The position numbers and the translations under genes were made by a program. DNA of 64,000 nucleotides from an uncultured Acidobacteriota bacterium (GTDB lineage Bacteria; Acidobacteriota; Thermoanaerobaculia; Multivoradales; UBA5704): positions 4,320,001 through 4,384,000 of the forward strand of contig CAVYRF010000002.1 in the NCBI GenBank assembly GCA_963770895.1. The letters are read 5' to 3'. Of the stretch, positions 1 to 10,300 are shown in pieces (within the stretch, counting starts at the first letter, position 1; each line of letters starts with the position of its first letter). The notes beneath the pieces were generated by a model. The model had not been told where the DNA came from. It ran no database searches and saw only the letters and a list, made by a program, of their open reading frames with translations.

Positions 1-534
1 ATCAACTTCCTGGTCCGGCCGCAGCCGGGCGTTTCGACGGCGCAGCTGCGGCAGGCCCTGCACCGGCAGATGGTGGGGATCGATCCCGAGGTGCCGGATT
101 ACGACGTCGCCACCATGGACGATCGCCTGGCCCGCCAGACCGACAAGGAGAGGTTCCAGCTCATCCTGATCGACGTCTTCGCCATCCTGGCGCTGCTCCT
201 GGCGGCCATCGGCATCTATGGCGTGATCTCCTACGGCGTGGCGCAGAGAAGGGCCGAGATCGCCGTGCGCATGTCGCTGGGGGCCGACCGCCGCAGCATC
301 GTCGGCATGGTGGTCGGACGCGGCGCCGTGCTGACCGCGGTGGGGCTCGGCCTGGGGCTGCTGGCGGTCTTCGCCTTGAGCCCGCTGCTGGTCAGCCTGC
401 TGTACAAGACCAGCATCGCCGATCCGTGGAGCCTGCTGGGCACCTCGGCCGGCCTGTTCGCCATCACGCTCGTCGCCAACTACATCCCGGCGCGCCGCGC
501 CGCGACCTTGGATCCGATGATGGGTCTGCGCTAG
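1..534 (+). CDS. ABC transporter permease (FtsX/MacB-like, ADOP-type), C-terminal part; runs off the 5' edge
   Basis: Frame is open from base 1. Motifs GIYGVISYGVAQRRAEIAVRMSLGA and YIPARRAATLDPM are typical FtsX-domain permease C-terminal motifs; 4 hydrophobic segments. Confidence 0.9.
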   Translation: MNFLVRPQPGVSTAQLRQALHRQMVGIDPEVPDYDVATMDDRLARQTDKERFQLILIDVFAILALLLAAIGIYGVISYGVAQRRAEIAVRMSLGADRRSIVGMVVGRGAVLTAVGLGLGLLAVFALSPLLVSLLYKTSIADPWSLLGTSAGLFAITLVANYIPARRAATLDPMMGLR

Positions 535-556
535 CGCTGGGACGAAGGCGCAGGCG

Positions 557-3500
557 ATGCAGGTTACAGAGGCCACGGGCGGGCTGGCGGTCGCAGAGCT
601 CCACGCACCGCACGAGCATCCGGTCGAAGCCTTCCTGCAGGCGGCGCTGGCGCGGGTTCTGGGGTGCGACCCCGCCCGCATCGACCGCGCGACGCCGATG
701 GCGTCCTACGGCCTCGATTCGCTGGCGGCGGTCGAGCTGTGCCACGCGGTCGAGGAGGAGCTCGGGGCGGCGCTGGATGTCGCGGACCTGCTGTCCGGCT
801 GTTCCATCGCGGAGGCGGCGCGGCAGGTGGCGGCGCTCGGCGCCGCCGCAAACGGTGCCCGGCAGCGCGGGGCGCCCGGCGATCGCGCCGGCTTCTCCCC
901 CGCCCTCGCCGCCGCCGAATTCCCGCTCAGCCTGGGCCAGCAGGCGCTGTGGATCCTGCATGGGCTGGCGCCCGAAAGCGCCGCCTACGTCATCGCCGGC
1001 GCCGCGCGGCTGGTCGGGGGCGTCGATGCGGCGGCCCTGGGCCGCGCCGTCCGCACCCTGGTGGCACGCCACCCGGCGCTGCGCACGACGTTCGCCAACG
1101 GGCCTGGCGGGCCGGTCCAGCGCGTGCATCCGCCGGCGGCGCCGGCAGCGGCCGCGTGGGCGCGCGAGGACGCCGCGGGCTGGAGCGGCGAGGAGCTCGC
1201 GCGGCGCGTGCGGCAGGCGGCGTTTCGCCCGTTCGACCTGGAGCACGGCCCGGTGCTGCGCGCCGTGCTGTTCGATCGCGGACCGCGCGAGCCCGCGGCG
1301 AGCGTGCTGGTCCTGGCGGTGCACCACATCGCCGCCGACTTCTGGTCGCTGGCGGTGCTGCTGCGCGAGCTGGGGGAGCTCTACGCCGGCGGCGGCGCCG
1401 CCGCCCTGGCCGCTCCCGGCGTGCACGTCGCCGACCTGGTGGCGCGGCAGCGGCAGGAGCTGGCGGCCGGGCGGTACGACCCGATGCTGGCGGCGGCGCG
1501 GCGGCAGCTGGCCGGCGCGCCGCCGCTCGACCTGCCGCTGGACCGCCCGCGGCCGGACCTGCAGACCTTCCGCGGCGCGCGGGTGGGCGGCCGCCTGGGC
1601 CGCGACCTGGCGCTGGCCGCCGCCGCCCTGGCGCGGCGCTGCGACGCGACGCTCTTCACGGTGCTGCTGGCCGCCTTCGAGGTGCTCCTGGCGCGCCACG
1701 GGGGGCAGGAGGACTTCCTGGTCGGAACGCCGACCGCGGGCCGCTCGTCGCGCGCGCTGGCCGGCCTGGTCGGCTACCTGGTCAACCCGGTGCCGCTGCG
1801 GGCCGACCTGGCGGCCGACCCCGACGTCCTGACGCTGGTGGCCCGGGCGCGCCGCGCCACGCTCGACGGGTTGGCGCGGCAGGACCTGCCGTTCACCCTG
1901 CTGGCCGAGGGGCTGGCGGAGGCGCGCGATCCGAGCCGTCCGGCGGTGTTCCAGGCCATGCTCGTGCTCGAACGTTCGCCGGTGCCGGAGCTGGAAGGCC
2001 TGGCTGCCTTCGCCCTGGGCGAGGGCGGCGCCCGCGTCCGCCTCGGCGCCGCCGGCGCCGCTCCGACCGGCGGCGAGCTGACGCTCGAGTCGGTCGCCCT
2101 GGAGCGGTCCGCGGCCCAGGTGGACCTCACGCTGCTCGCCGCCGAGATCGGCGGCGACCTGGCCGCCGCCTTCGAATGGAACCTCGACCTGCTGGACGCC
2201 GCGACGGCGCGGCGCATGTTCGGCCATCTGGTCAACCTGTTGACCGCGATGACCCGCCATCCGGAGCGGCGTCTTTCGGCGCTGCCGATGCTCGGCCCGG
2301 CCGAGGTGCAGCAGGTCGTGCGCGAGTGCAACGACACCGGCCTGGCGCTGGGCGGGGAGTGCCTGCACCAGCTGATCGAAGCGCAGGTCGAGCGCACTCC
2401 GGGAGCGCCGGCGGTGGTCTTCGCCGGCGAGACCCTGACCTACCGCGAGCTGAACGCCCGCGCCAACCGGCTGGCTCTGCACCTGGCGCGGCTGGGGGTG
2501 GGGCCGGAGGTGCGGGTGGGGCTCTGCCTGGAGCGGTCGGCCGAGCTGATCGTGGCCCTGGTCGCGACGCTCAAGGCGGGCGGCGCCTTCGTGCCGATCG
2601 ACCCGTCCTACCCCGCGCCGCGGATCGCCCACATGCTCGGCGACGCCCGCGTGTCCGTGGCGCTCACCGAGGAGCGGATCGCCCCCTTGCTGCCGCCTGG
2701 GGCCGCCCGCACCGTGCTGCTCGACGGCGGCGGCGACCACGACGCGGCCTGGCGGAGCGGACCCGATCCCGGCAACCCGGCCGCGGGTGGCGGCGGCCCG
2801 CTGCGCCTGGCGTACGTCCTGTACACCTCGGGCTCGACCGGCGAGCCCAAGGGGGCGATGAACAGCCATGGCGCCATCGTCAACCGCTTGCGGTGGATGC
2901 AGGAGACGTTCCGGCTGACGGCGGCGGACAGGGTGCTGCAAAAGACTCCGGCCAGCTTCGACGTCTCGGTCTGGGAGTTCTTCTGGCCGCTCGCGACCGG
3001 CGCCTGCCTGGTGGTGGCGCGGCCCGGCGGGCACCTGGACCCCCCCTACCTGCGCGACGAGATCGCCCGCGCCGGCGTCACCACCGTGCACTTCGTCCCC
3101 TCCCTGCTGCAGGTCTTCCTGGAGCAGCCGGGGCTGGAGGCCTGCGCCGGCCTGCGCCGTGTGCTGGTGAGCGGCGAGGCTCTCGGGCGCGATCTTGCCG
3201 AGCGCTTCCAAGAGCGCCTGGGACGGCTGGGGAGCGAGCTGCACAACCTGTACGGTCCGGCGGAAGCGGCGGTGGACGTCACATGGTGGCCCTGCGCGGC
3301 CGCCGGCGACGCGCGCCCGGTGCCGATCGGCAGGCCGATCGACAACGTCCAGATCCACCTGCTGGACCGCCACCTGCGGCCGGTTCCCATCGGCGTCGCC
3401 GGCGAGCTGCACATCGCCGGCGTGCAGGTGGCGCGCGGCTACCTGGGCCGCCCGCGGCTGTCGGCCGAGCGGTTCATCCCGGACCCGTTCGCAGCCGAGC

Positions 3501-4315
3501 CGGGCAGGCGGCTCTACCGCACCGGCGACCTGGTGCGGCGGCGCGCCGGCGGCGAGCTGGAGTTCCTGGGGCGTCTGGACCACCAGGTCAAGATCGGCGG
3601 CGTCCGCATCGAGCTGGGAGAGATCGAGCACGCCCTGGCCGGCCATCCGGCGGTGCGCGAGGCGGTGGTGCTGGCGCGCCGCAGGGGCGGCAACCTGCGC
3701 CTGGTCGCCTACGTGGTCCCGGCGACGCCGGAAGTCCCGGCAGCGGCGGCGGACGGCGCGCCCGACGCCGCGGCGCTGCGCGCGCACCTGGTGGGGAAGC
3801 TGCCGGCGACGATGATCCCCGCCGTCTGGGTGTTCCTGCCCAGCCTGCCGCTGTCGCCGAGCGGCAAGGTGGACCGCAAGGCGCTCCCCGAGCCGGACCA
3901 GGAAGCGGCCATGGCGCCCTGGGCGCCGCCGGCAACGGCCGCCGAAAAGGCGCTGGCGGCGATCTGGTGCGAGGTCCTGGGGCGCCAAGGCGTCGGCGTG
4001 CACGACAACTTCTTCAGCCTGGGCGGCGATTCGATCCTCGGCGTCCAGGTGCTGACGCGGGCCGCGCAGGCCGGCCTGCAGCTGACGCCGCGCCAGGTCT
4101 TCCGCCATCCCACGATCGCCGAGCTGGCCGCCGTCGCCGCGCCGATCGCCGCCGCCCCCGATGCGGACGACGCGGACGATGCGCACGATGAGGACGATCC
4201 CGCCCAGCGCGCGGCGCCGGCCGCCCTCGACGCCGCCGCATCCGGCCTGTCCGAACGCGACCTGCAGCGGTTGCTGAGCAGGCTCGTCCAGGGCGAGCAG
4301 GAGCCGGGTCGATGA
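557..4315 (+). CDS. NRPS initiation protein, T(ACP-like)-C-A(Ser)-T plus short C-terminal docking tail
   Basis: GLDSLAAVEL carrier motif; C motif HHIAADFWS; A motifs YTSGSTGEPKG, NLYGPAE, YRTGD, SGKVDRKAL; pocket residues read by eye DVWHLSLVDK (Ser type); T motif GGDSIL. Confidence 0.93.
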   Translation: MQVTEATGGLAVAELHAPHEHPVEAFLQAALARVLGCDPARIDRATPMASYGLDSLAAVELCHAVEEELGAALDVADLLSGCSIAEAARQVAALGAAANGARQRGAPGDRAGFSPALAAAEFPLSLGQQALWILHGLAPESAAYVIAGAARLVGGVDAAALGRAVRTLVARHPALRTTFANGPGGPVQRVHPPAAPAAAAWAREDAAGWSGEELARRVRQAAFRPFDLEHGPVLRAVLFDRGPREPAASVLVLAVHHIAADFWSLAVLLRELGELYAGGGAAALAAPGVHVADLVARQRQELAAGRYDPMLAAARRQLAGAPPLDLPLDRPRPDLQTFRGARVGGRLGRDLALAAAALARRCDATLFTVLLAAFEVLLARHGGQEDFLVGTPTAGRSSRALAGLVGYLVNPVPLRADLAADPDVLTLVARARRATLDGLARQDLPFTLLAEGLAEARDPSRPAVFQAMLVLERSPVPELEGLAAFALGEGGARVRLGAAGAAPTGGELTLESVALERSAAQVDLTLLAAEIGGDLAAAFEWNLDLLDAATARRMFGHLVNLLTAMTRHPERRLSALPMLGPAEVQQVVRECNDTGLALGGECLHQLIEAQVERTPGAPAVVFAGETLTYRELNARANRLALHLARLGVGPEVRVGLCLERSAELIVALVATLKAGGAFVPIDPSYPAPRIAHMLGDARVSVALTEERIAPLLPPGAARTVLLDGGGDHDAAWRSGPDPGNPAAGGGGPLRLAYVLYTSGSTGEPKGAMNSHGAIVNRLRWMQETFRLTAADRVLQKTPASFDVSVWEFFWPLATGACLVVARPGGHLDPPYLRDEIARAGVTTVHFVPSLLQVFLEQPGLEACAGLRRVLVSGEALGRDLAERFQERLGRLGSELHNLYGPAEAAVDVTWWPCAAAGDARPVPIGRPIDNVQIHLLDRHLRPVPIGVAGELHIAGVQVARGYLGRPRLSAERFIPDPFAAEPGRRLYRTGDLVRRRAGGELEFLGRLDHQVKIGGVRIELGEIEHALAGHPAVREAVVLARRRGGNLRLVAYVVPATPEVPAAAADGAPDAAALRAHLVGKLPATMIPAVWVFLPSLPLSPSGKVDRKALPEPDQEAAMAPWAPPATAAEKALAAIWCEVLGRQGVGVHDNFFSLGGDSILGVQVLTRAAQAGLQLTPRQVFRHPTIAELAAVAAPIAAAPDADDADDAHDEDDPAQRAAPAALDAAASGLSERDLQRLLSRLVQGEQEPGR

Positions 4316-7300
4316 GACCGGAGAACCTGGAGTCGGTATACCGGCTGTCGCCGGTGCAGGCGGGCATCCTGTTTCACGTCCTGCACGATCCGCAAGGCGG
4401 GCTCTATGGCCGGCAGCTGGTGGTCGAGCTTGCCGGCACCCTGGATGTGGAGCGGCTGGCGCAGGCCTGGGCCGGCCTGCTCGAACGCCACGCGGTGCTG
4501 CGGACCTCGTTTCACTGGCAGGAGGTGGCGCACCCGGTGCAGGTCGTCGCCCGCCAGGTGGCGCTGCCCTGGGAAGAGCTGGACTGGCGACAGCTGACCG
4601 CCGCGGAGCGCCAGCAGGCGATGGCGGAGCTGCTGCGCGCCGACCTGGCGCGGGGCTTCGACCTGGAGCGCCCGCCGCTGCTGCGTCTGACGCTGGTGCG
4701 CACCGGCGAGGCCGCCTGGGAGCTGATCTGGACCTTCCATCACCTGATCCTCGACGGCTGGTCGCTGCTGCTGCTGCTGCGCGAGGTGTTCGCGAGCTAC
4801 GCGGCGCTCTGCCAGGGGACGCGGCCGGCGGTCGCCAAAACGGTCCCTTACAAGGATTTCGTCGCCTGGCAGGAGCGCCAGGACGGGGCTGCCGCGGAGC
4901 GCTTCTGGCGCCAGCTGCTGGCGGGGTTCGCGGCGCCGACGCCGCTGCCGGTCGTGGCGCCGCCCGCGGTTGCAGCGGCGTCCGGGCATCGCTCGTACGA
5001 AGAGCGCAGCGTCGAGCTCGCGGCGGAGACCACCGCCGCGCTGGCGCGGGCGGCGCGGCGGCATGGGCTGACCGTCAACACGCTCTTGCAGGGAGCCTGG
5101 GCGGTGCTGCTGTCGCGCTACAGCCAGGAAGCCGACGTGGTGTTCGGCACCACGGTGTCCGGTCGCTCGGCGCCGCTGGCGGGGATCGAAGCCATGGTCG
5201 GGCTGCTCATCAACACCCTGCCGCAGCGGGTGCGGGTCGAGGACGGCCGCGCGCTGCTGCCCTGGCTGCGGGACCTCCAGCAGGCGCAGAGCGAGCTGCT
5301 GCAGCACGAGCACCATTCGCTCGCCGCGGTGCAGGGGTGGAGCGAGCTGCCGCGCGGGCTGCCGCTGTTCGACAGCATCGTGGTGTTCCAGAACCTGCCG
5401 ATCGAAACGATCCTGGACCAGGGCTTCGTCGGCTCGCTGCCGCTGCGCCTCGCGGTGCGCCGCGGCGGCGAGCCGCTCAACTACCCGCTCACCCTGATCG
5501 CCTTTGAAGGCGACCGGCTGGATCTCCGCCTGAGCTTCGAGCGCGGGCGGGTGGAAGCCGCGGCGGCGGTGCGCATGCTGTGGCATTTGCGGTCGCTGCT
5601 CGCGGGGATGGCCGCGCTCGCCGCCAGCCCGCACGCGGTGCTGGCCGATCTCTCTCCCTGGAGCGCGGCGGAGCGGCAGCAGCTGCTGGCCGAATGGAAC
5701 AGCGGCCCCGCCGTGCCGGTGGCTTGCGGCAGCCTGGCGGCGCACTTTGCGGCGGTGGCGGCCGAGCGGCCGCAGGCGGTGGCGGTGGTGTGCGCCGAGG
5801 CGCACCTGTCCTACGGCGAGCTGGCGGCCCGCGGCCGGCGCCTGGCGCGCCACCTGCGCCGTTGCGGGGTGATGCCGGGCGAGGCGGTGGCGCTGCTGCT
5901 CGAACGGTCGCCGGAGATGGTGGCGGCGATCCTGGGCGTGCTGGCGGCCGGCGCTGCCTACGTGCCGCTCGATCCGGCCTATCCGGAGGAGCGGCTGTCG
6001 TTCATCCTGGCTGACAGCGGGGCGCGCGTGGTGGTGATGGACGACGCGCTCGCGTCGCGCCTGCCGCTGCCCGCGGGGGTGCGGCGGGTGGCGCCGTCCG
6101 GCGGCGCGGCGGAGCAAGACGGCCAGGAGATCGGCGACGCCGCGGCGGCCGTCGGACCGGACGACCTGGCGTACGTGATCTACACCTCCGGCTCGACCGG
6201 CCGGCCGAAGGGGGTGGGGGTGACGCATGGCAACGTCCTGCGCCTGCTCACCTCGACCGCCGACGATTTCGCCATCGGCGCGCGCGACGTCTGGACGCTC
6301 TTTCATTCCTACGCCTTCGATTTCTCGGTATGGGAGCTGTGGGGGGCGCTGGCCGCCGGCGGACGGCTGGTCCTGGTGCCCTGGGCGGTGAGCCGGACGC
6401 CCGAGACGTTCCGGCAGCTGTTGATCCGCGAAGGGGTGACGGTGCTCAACCAGACCCCCTCGGCGTTCGGCCAGCTCATCGCGGTGGACGAGGCGGCGGC
6501 CAGGACGGCCGGCGGCGAGGGCGACCTGTGCGGCCTGCGCCTGGTGATCTTCGGCGGCGAGGCCCTGGAGCCGCGCCTGCTGCGGCCCTGGATCGCCCGC
6601 CACGGCGACGAGTCGCCGTGCCTGGTCAACATGTACGGCATCACCGAGACGACGGTGCACGTGACCCTGCGCCGGGTCGGCATCCGCGACCTGGAGGCGG
6701 GCAGCCGCATTGGCCGGCCGATCGCCGACCTGGCGGTCTACCTGCTCGATCGCTGCCTGGAGCCGGTGCCGGTGACCGTCACGGGCGAGATCTTCGTCGG
6801 CGGGGCGGGAGTGGCGCGCGGCTATCCGGGACGCCCGGACCTGACGGCCGAGCGGTTCGTCCCCGACCCGTTCGGCGGCGCCGCGGGTGCGCGGCTCTAC
6901 CGCTCGGGCGACCTGGCGCGCCACCGTGCCGACGGCGACCTGGAATACCTGGGGCGGCTCGATCACCAGGTGAAGGTGCGGGGCTTCCGCATCGAGCTCG
7001 CGGAGATCGAGCTGGCCCTGGCGAGCTTCGCCGGGGTGGCGGACGCGGCGGTGGTGCTGCGCCGCGGCCTGGCGGGGGGCGACGGGCTGGTCGCCTACCT
7101 GGTGGCGGAGCCCGGCGCCGATCCGCGGGGTGCGGCGCTGCGCGATCATCTGAAGAGCCGGCTGCCCGACTACATGATCCCGGTGCAGGTGGTGCTCCTG
7201 GCGGCGCTGCCGCTCACCGCCAACGGCAAGCTGGACCGCAGATGGCTGGCGGAGCTGGCGCCGCTGGACGCTGGCGGGGCTGGGCACGCCGACCCGGCGT

Positions 7301-10300
7301 CAGGGCCGCGCCCGCGCACGCCGGTCGAGGAGCTGGTGGGCGACCTTTTCGCCCAGGTCCTGGCGGTGCAGGAGGTGGGCGCGGACGCCGACTTCTTCGC
7401 CCTGGGCGGCCATTCGCTGCTCGCCACGCAGCTGCTGTCGCGGATGCGGGACGCTTTCCGGGTCGAGCTGCCGATGCGGGCGATCTTCGAGCAGCCGACG
7501 GTGGCCGGCCTGGCGCGGGAGATCGCCAAGGCGTCCAACCTGGGCGGCGCCGTGCCGCCGCCGCTGGTGCGCGGCGAGCGCGCGGCCGACGAACGACCTG
7601 CCGGAAGTGCCGCGACAGGCGAAAGCCGCGGCCCCCTGTCCTTCGCCCAGCAGCGGCTGTGGTTCGTCGACCAGCTGGAAGGCGGGTCGCTCTACAACGT
7701 GCAGGCCGCGCTGGCGGTGAGCGGCGAGCTGTCGGTCGCCTTGCTGTCGCGGGTGCTGGCGGAGGTGGTGCGCCGCCACGAGGTCCTGCGGACCGTGTTC
7801 CGCGCCGGCGGCGGCCAGCCGCGGCAGGTGATCCTGCCGCCGGCCGGCGTCGCGGTGCCCGTCGCCGACCTGACGGCCCTGGCCGCGGCGCGGCGGCAGC
7901 CGGCCGCGTCGAGTCTAGTGGCGGACCTGGCGCAGCGGCCGTTCGACCTGGCGCGCGGGCCGCTGCTGCGGGTGGGGCTGTTGCGCCTGGAGCAGACGGA
8001 GCACGTGCTGTTCCTGGCCCTCCACCACATCGTCAGCGACGGCTGGTCGCTCGGCGTGCTGGTGCGGGAGGTGACGGCCCTGTACACCGCCTTTGCCGCC
8101 GGTCAGCCGTCGCCGCTCGCACCGCTGCCGGTGCAGTACGCCGACTTCGCGTCCTGGCAGCGGCGCTGGCTCGCCAGCGCCACCGATGCGAGCGATGCCG
8201 GCGAAGCCCTCAGCGTGCTGGACCGGGAGCTGCGGTACTGGCGCTCCCACCTGGCCGGGGCGCCGGCGGTGCTGGATCTGCCCACCGACCGGCCGCGCCC
8301 GGCGCTGCGCAGCATCCACGGGGCGGTCCGCCCGCTGGCGCTCGGGCCGCGGCTGTCGGCGGACCTGGCGGCGCTGTCGCGGCGCGAGGGAGCGACGCTC
8401 TTCATGACCCTGGCGTCGGCGCTGAGCGTGCTGCTGTCGCGCTTCGCGGGGCAGAGCGACTTCACCCTGGGCACGGTGGTGGCCGGCCGTCACCACCTGG
8501 AGATCGAGGGGTTGATCGGGTTCTTCGTCAACACCCTGGTGCTGCGGCCGGAGTTGGCCGGCGAGCCGCGCTTTACCGAGCTCCTGACCCGCATGCGGCG
8601 GGAGGCGCTGGAAGCCTACGCCCACCAGGACCTGCCGTTTGAAAGGTTGGTGGAAGACCTGGCGCCGGAGCGCAGCCTGGCCCACACGCCGCTGTTCCAG
8701 GTGATGTTCGCCTGGCAGAACGCGGCGCTGGGCGAACTCGCGCTGCCGGGGCTGCGGCTGGCGCCCCGGGCGGTCGCGGACCAGACCGCCAAGTTCGATC
8801 TGACCCTGTCGCTCGCGGACAGCGGCTCGGCGATCGCCGGCGACATCTCCTACGCGCGGGACCTGTTCGACGCCGTGACGATCGAGCGGCTGGCGGCGGC
8901 CCTGCAGGTGCTGCTGGCGGCGGTGGTCGCGGAACCCGAGCTGCCGATCTCGCGGCTGCCGCTGTGGGATGCCGGGCAACGGCACCAGATGGTGGTCGAG
9001 TGGAACGCCACGGGCACGGACTGGCCGTCCGCCAGCACGCTGCCGGAGCTGTTCGCCCTGCAGGCGGCGGCCCATCCGCGGCGGCTCGCCTGGGAGCTCG
9101 GCGCTGAAGAGCTGTCGTACGCAGAGCTGGCCGTCCGCGCCGACGCGGTGGCGCGCTACCTCCGGCGGCAGGGGGTGGGGTCCGGGGACGTGGTGGGGGT
9201 CAGTCTGGAGCGTTCGGGAGCCGTGCTGGTGGCGATGCTGGGGATCGTCAAGGCCGGCGCCGCCTACCTGCCGCTCGACGCGGACTACCCGGCCGAGCGT
9301 CTGGCGTGGATGCTCGCCGACAGCGGCGCGCCGGTGGTGCTCACCCAGGAGAGCCTGGCGCCGCGCCTGCCGGCGGCGGGGCCGCGGGTGGTGCGGCTCG
9401 ACACGCAGTGGGAAGAGATCGCCGCCGCCCCTGCGGCCGGTGCAGCGGGTGTGGCCGGTGCAGCCGGCCAGGCGGGCGTCACGCCTGCGCCTGGCGCCGG
9501 GACCGCGGCGCCCGCGCCGCACCCGGAGGACCCGGCCTACGTGATGTACACGTCGGGTTCGACGGGGCGGCCCAAGGGCGTGGCGGTGCCGCACCGGGCC
9601 GTGGTCCGCCTGGTCCTGGCGACCGATTATGTCGACCTGCAGGCAGCCGGCCGCATCGCGCAGCTGTCCAACCTGGCGTTCGACGCGGCGACGTTCGAGA
9701 TCTGGGGCGCGCTGCTGGGCGGCGCGACGCTGGTGGGGGTGCCGCAGGAGGTGCTGCTGTCGCCGGCCGACCTGGCGGCCCACCTGGCGGCGGCGCGCGT
9801 CCGGGTGCTGTTCCTGACCACGGCGCTGTTCAACCAGGTGGCGCAGCAGGTGCCGGGCGCTTTCGCCGCCCTGGACACCGTGCTGTTCGGCGGCGAGGCG
9901 GGCGATCCGGAGGCGGTGCGCAAGGTCCTGGCCGGCGGCGCGCCGCGGCGCCTGGTGAACGCCTACGGGCCGACGGAAAACGCCACCTTCAGCACCTGGT
10001 ACCGGGTCGGAGCGTTGGCGGCGCAGGCGGTGACGGTGCCGATCGGGCGGCCGATCGCCAACAGCCGGGCGTACGTGCTGGACGCCGGGTTGCAGCCGGT
10101 GCCGCTGGGCGGCGTCGGCGACCTGTACCTGGCCGGCGCGGGGTTGGCGCTGGGCTATTGGCGGCAGCCGGAGCTGACGGCGGAGCGGTTCGTGGAGAGC
10201 CCGGCGCTGCCGGGTGAGCGGCTGTATCGGAGCGGCGACCGGGCTCGCCTGCTGGCGGAGGGCAACCTGGAGTTCCGCGGCCGTGACGACCAGCAGGTCA

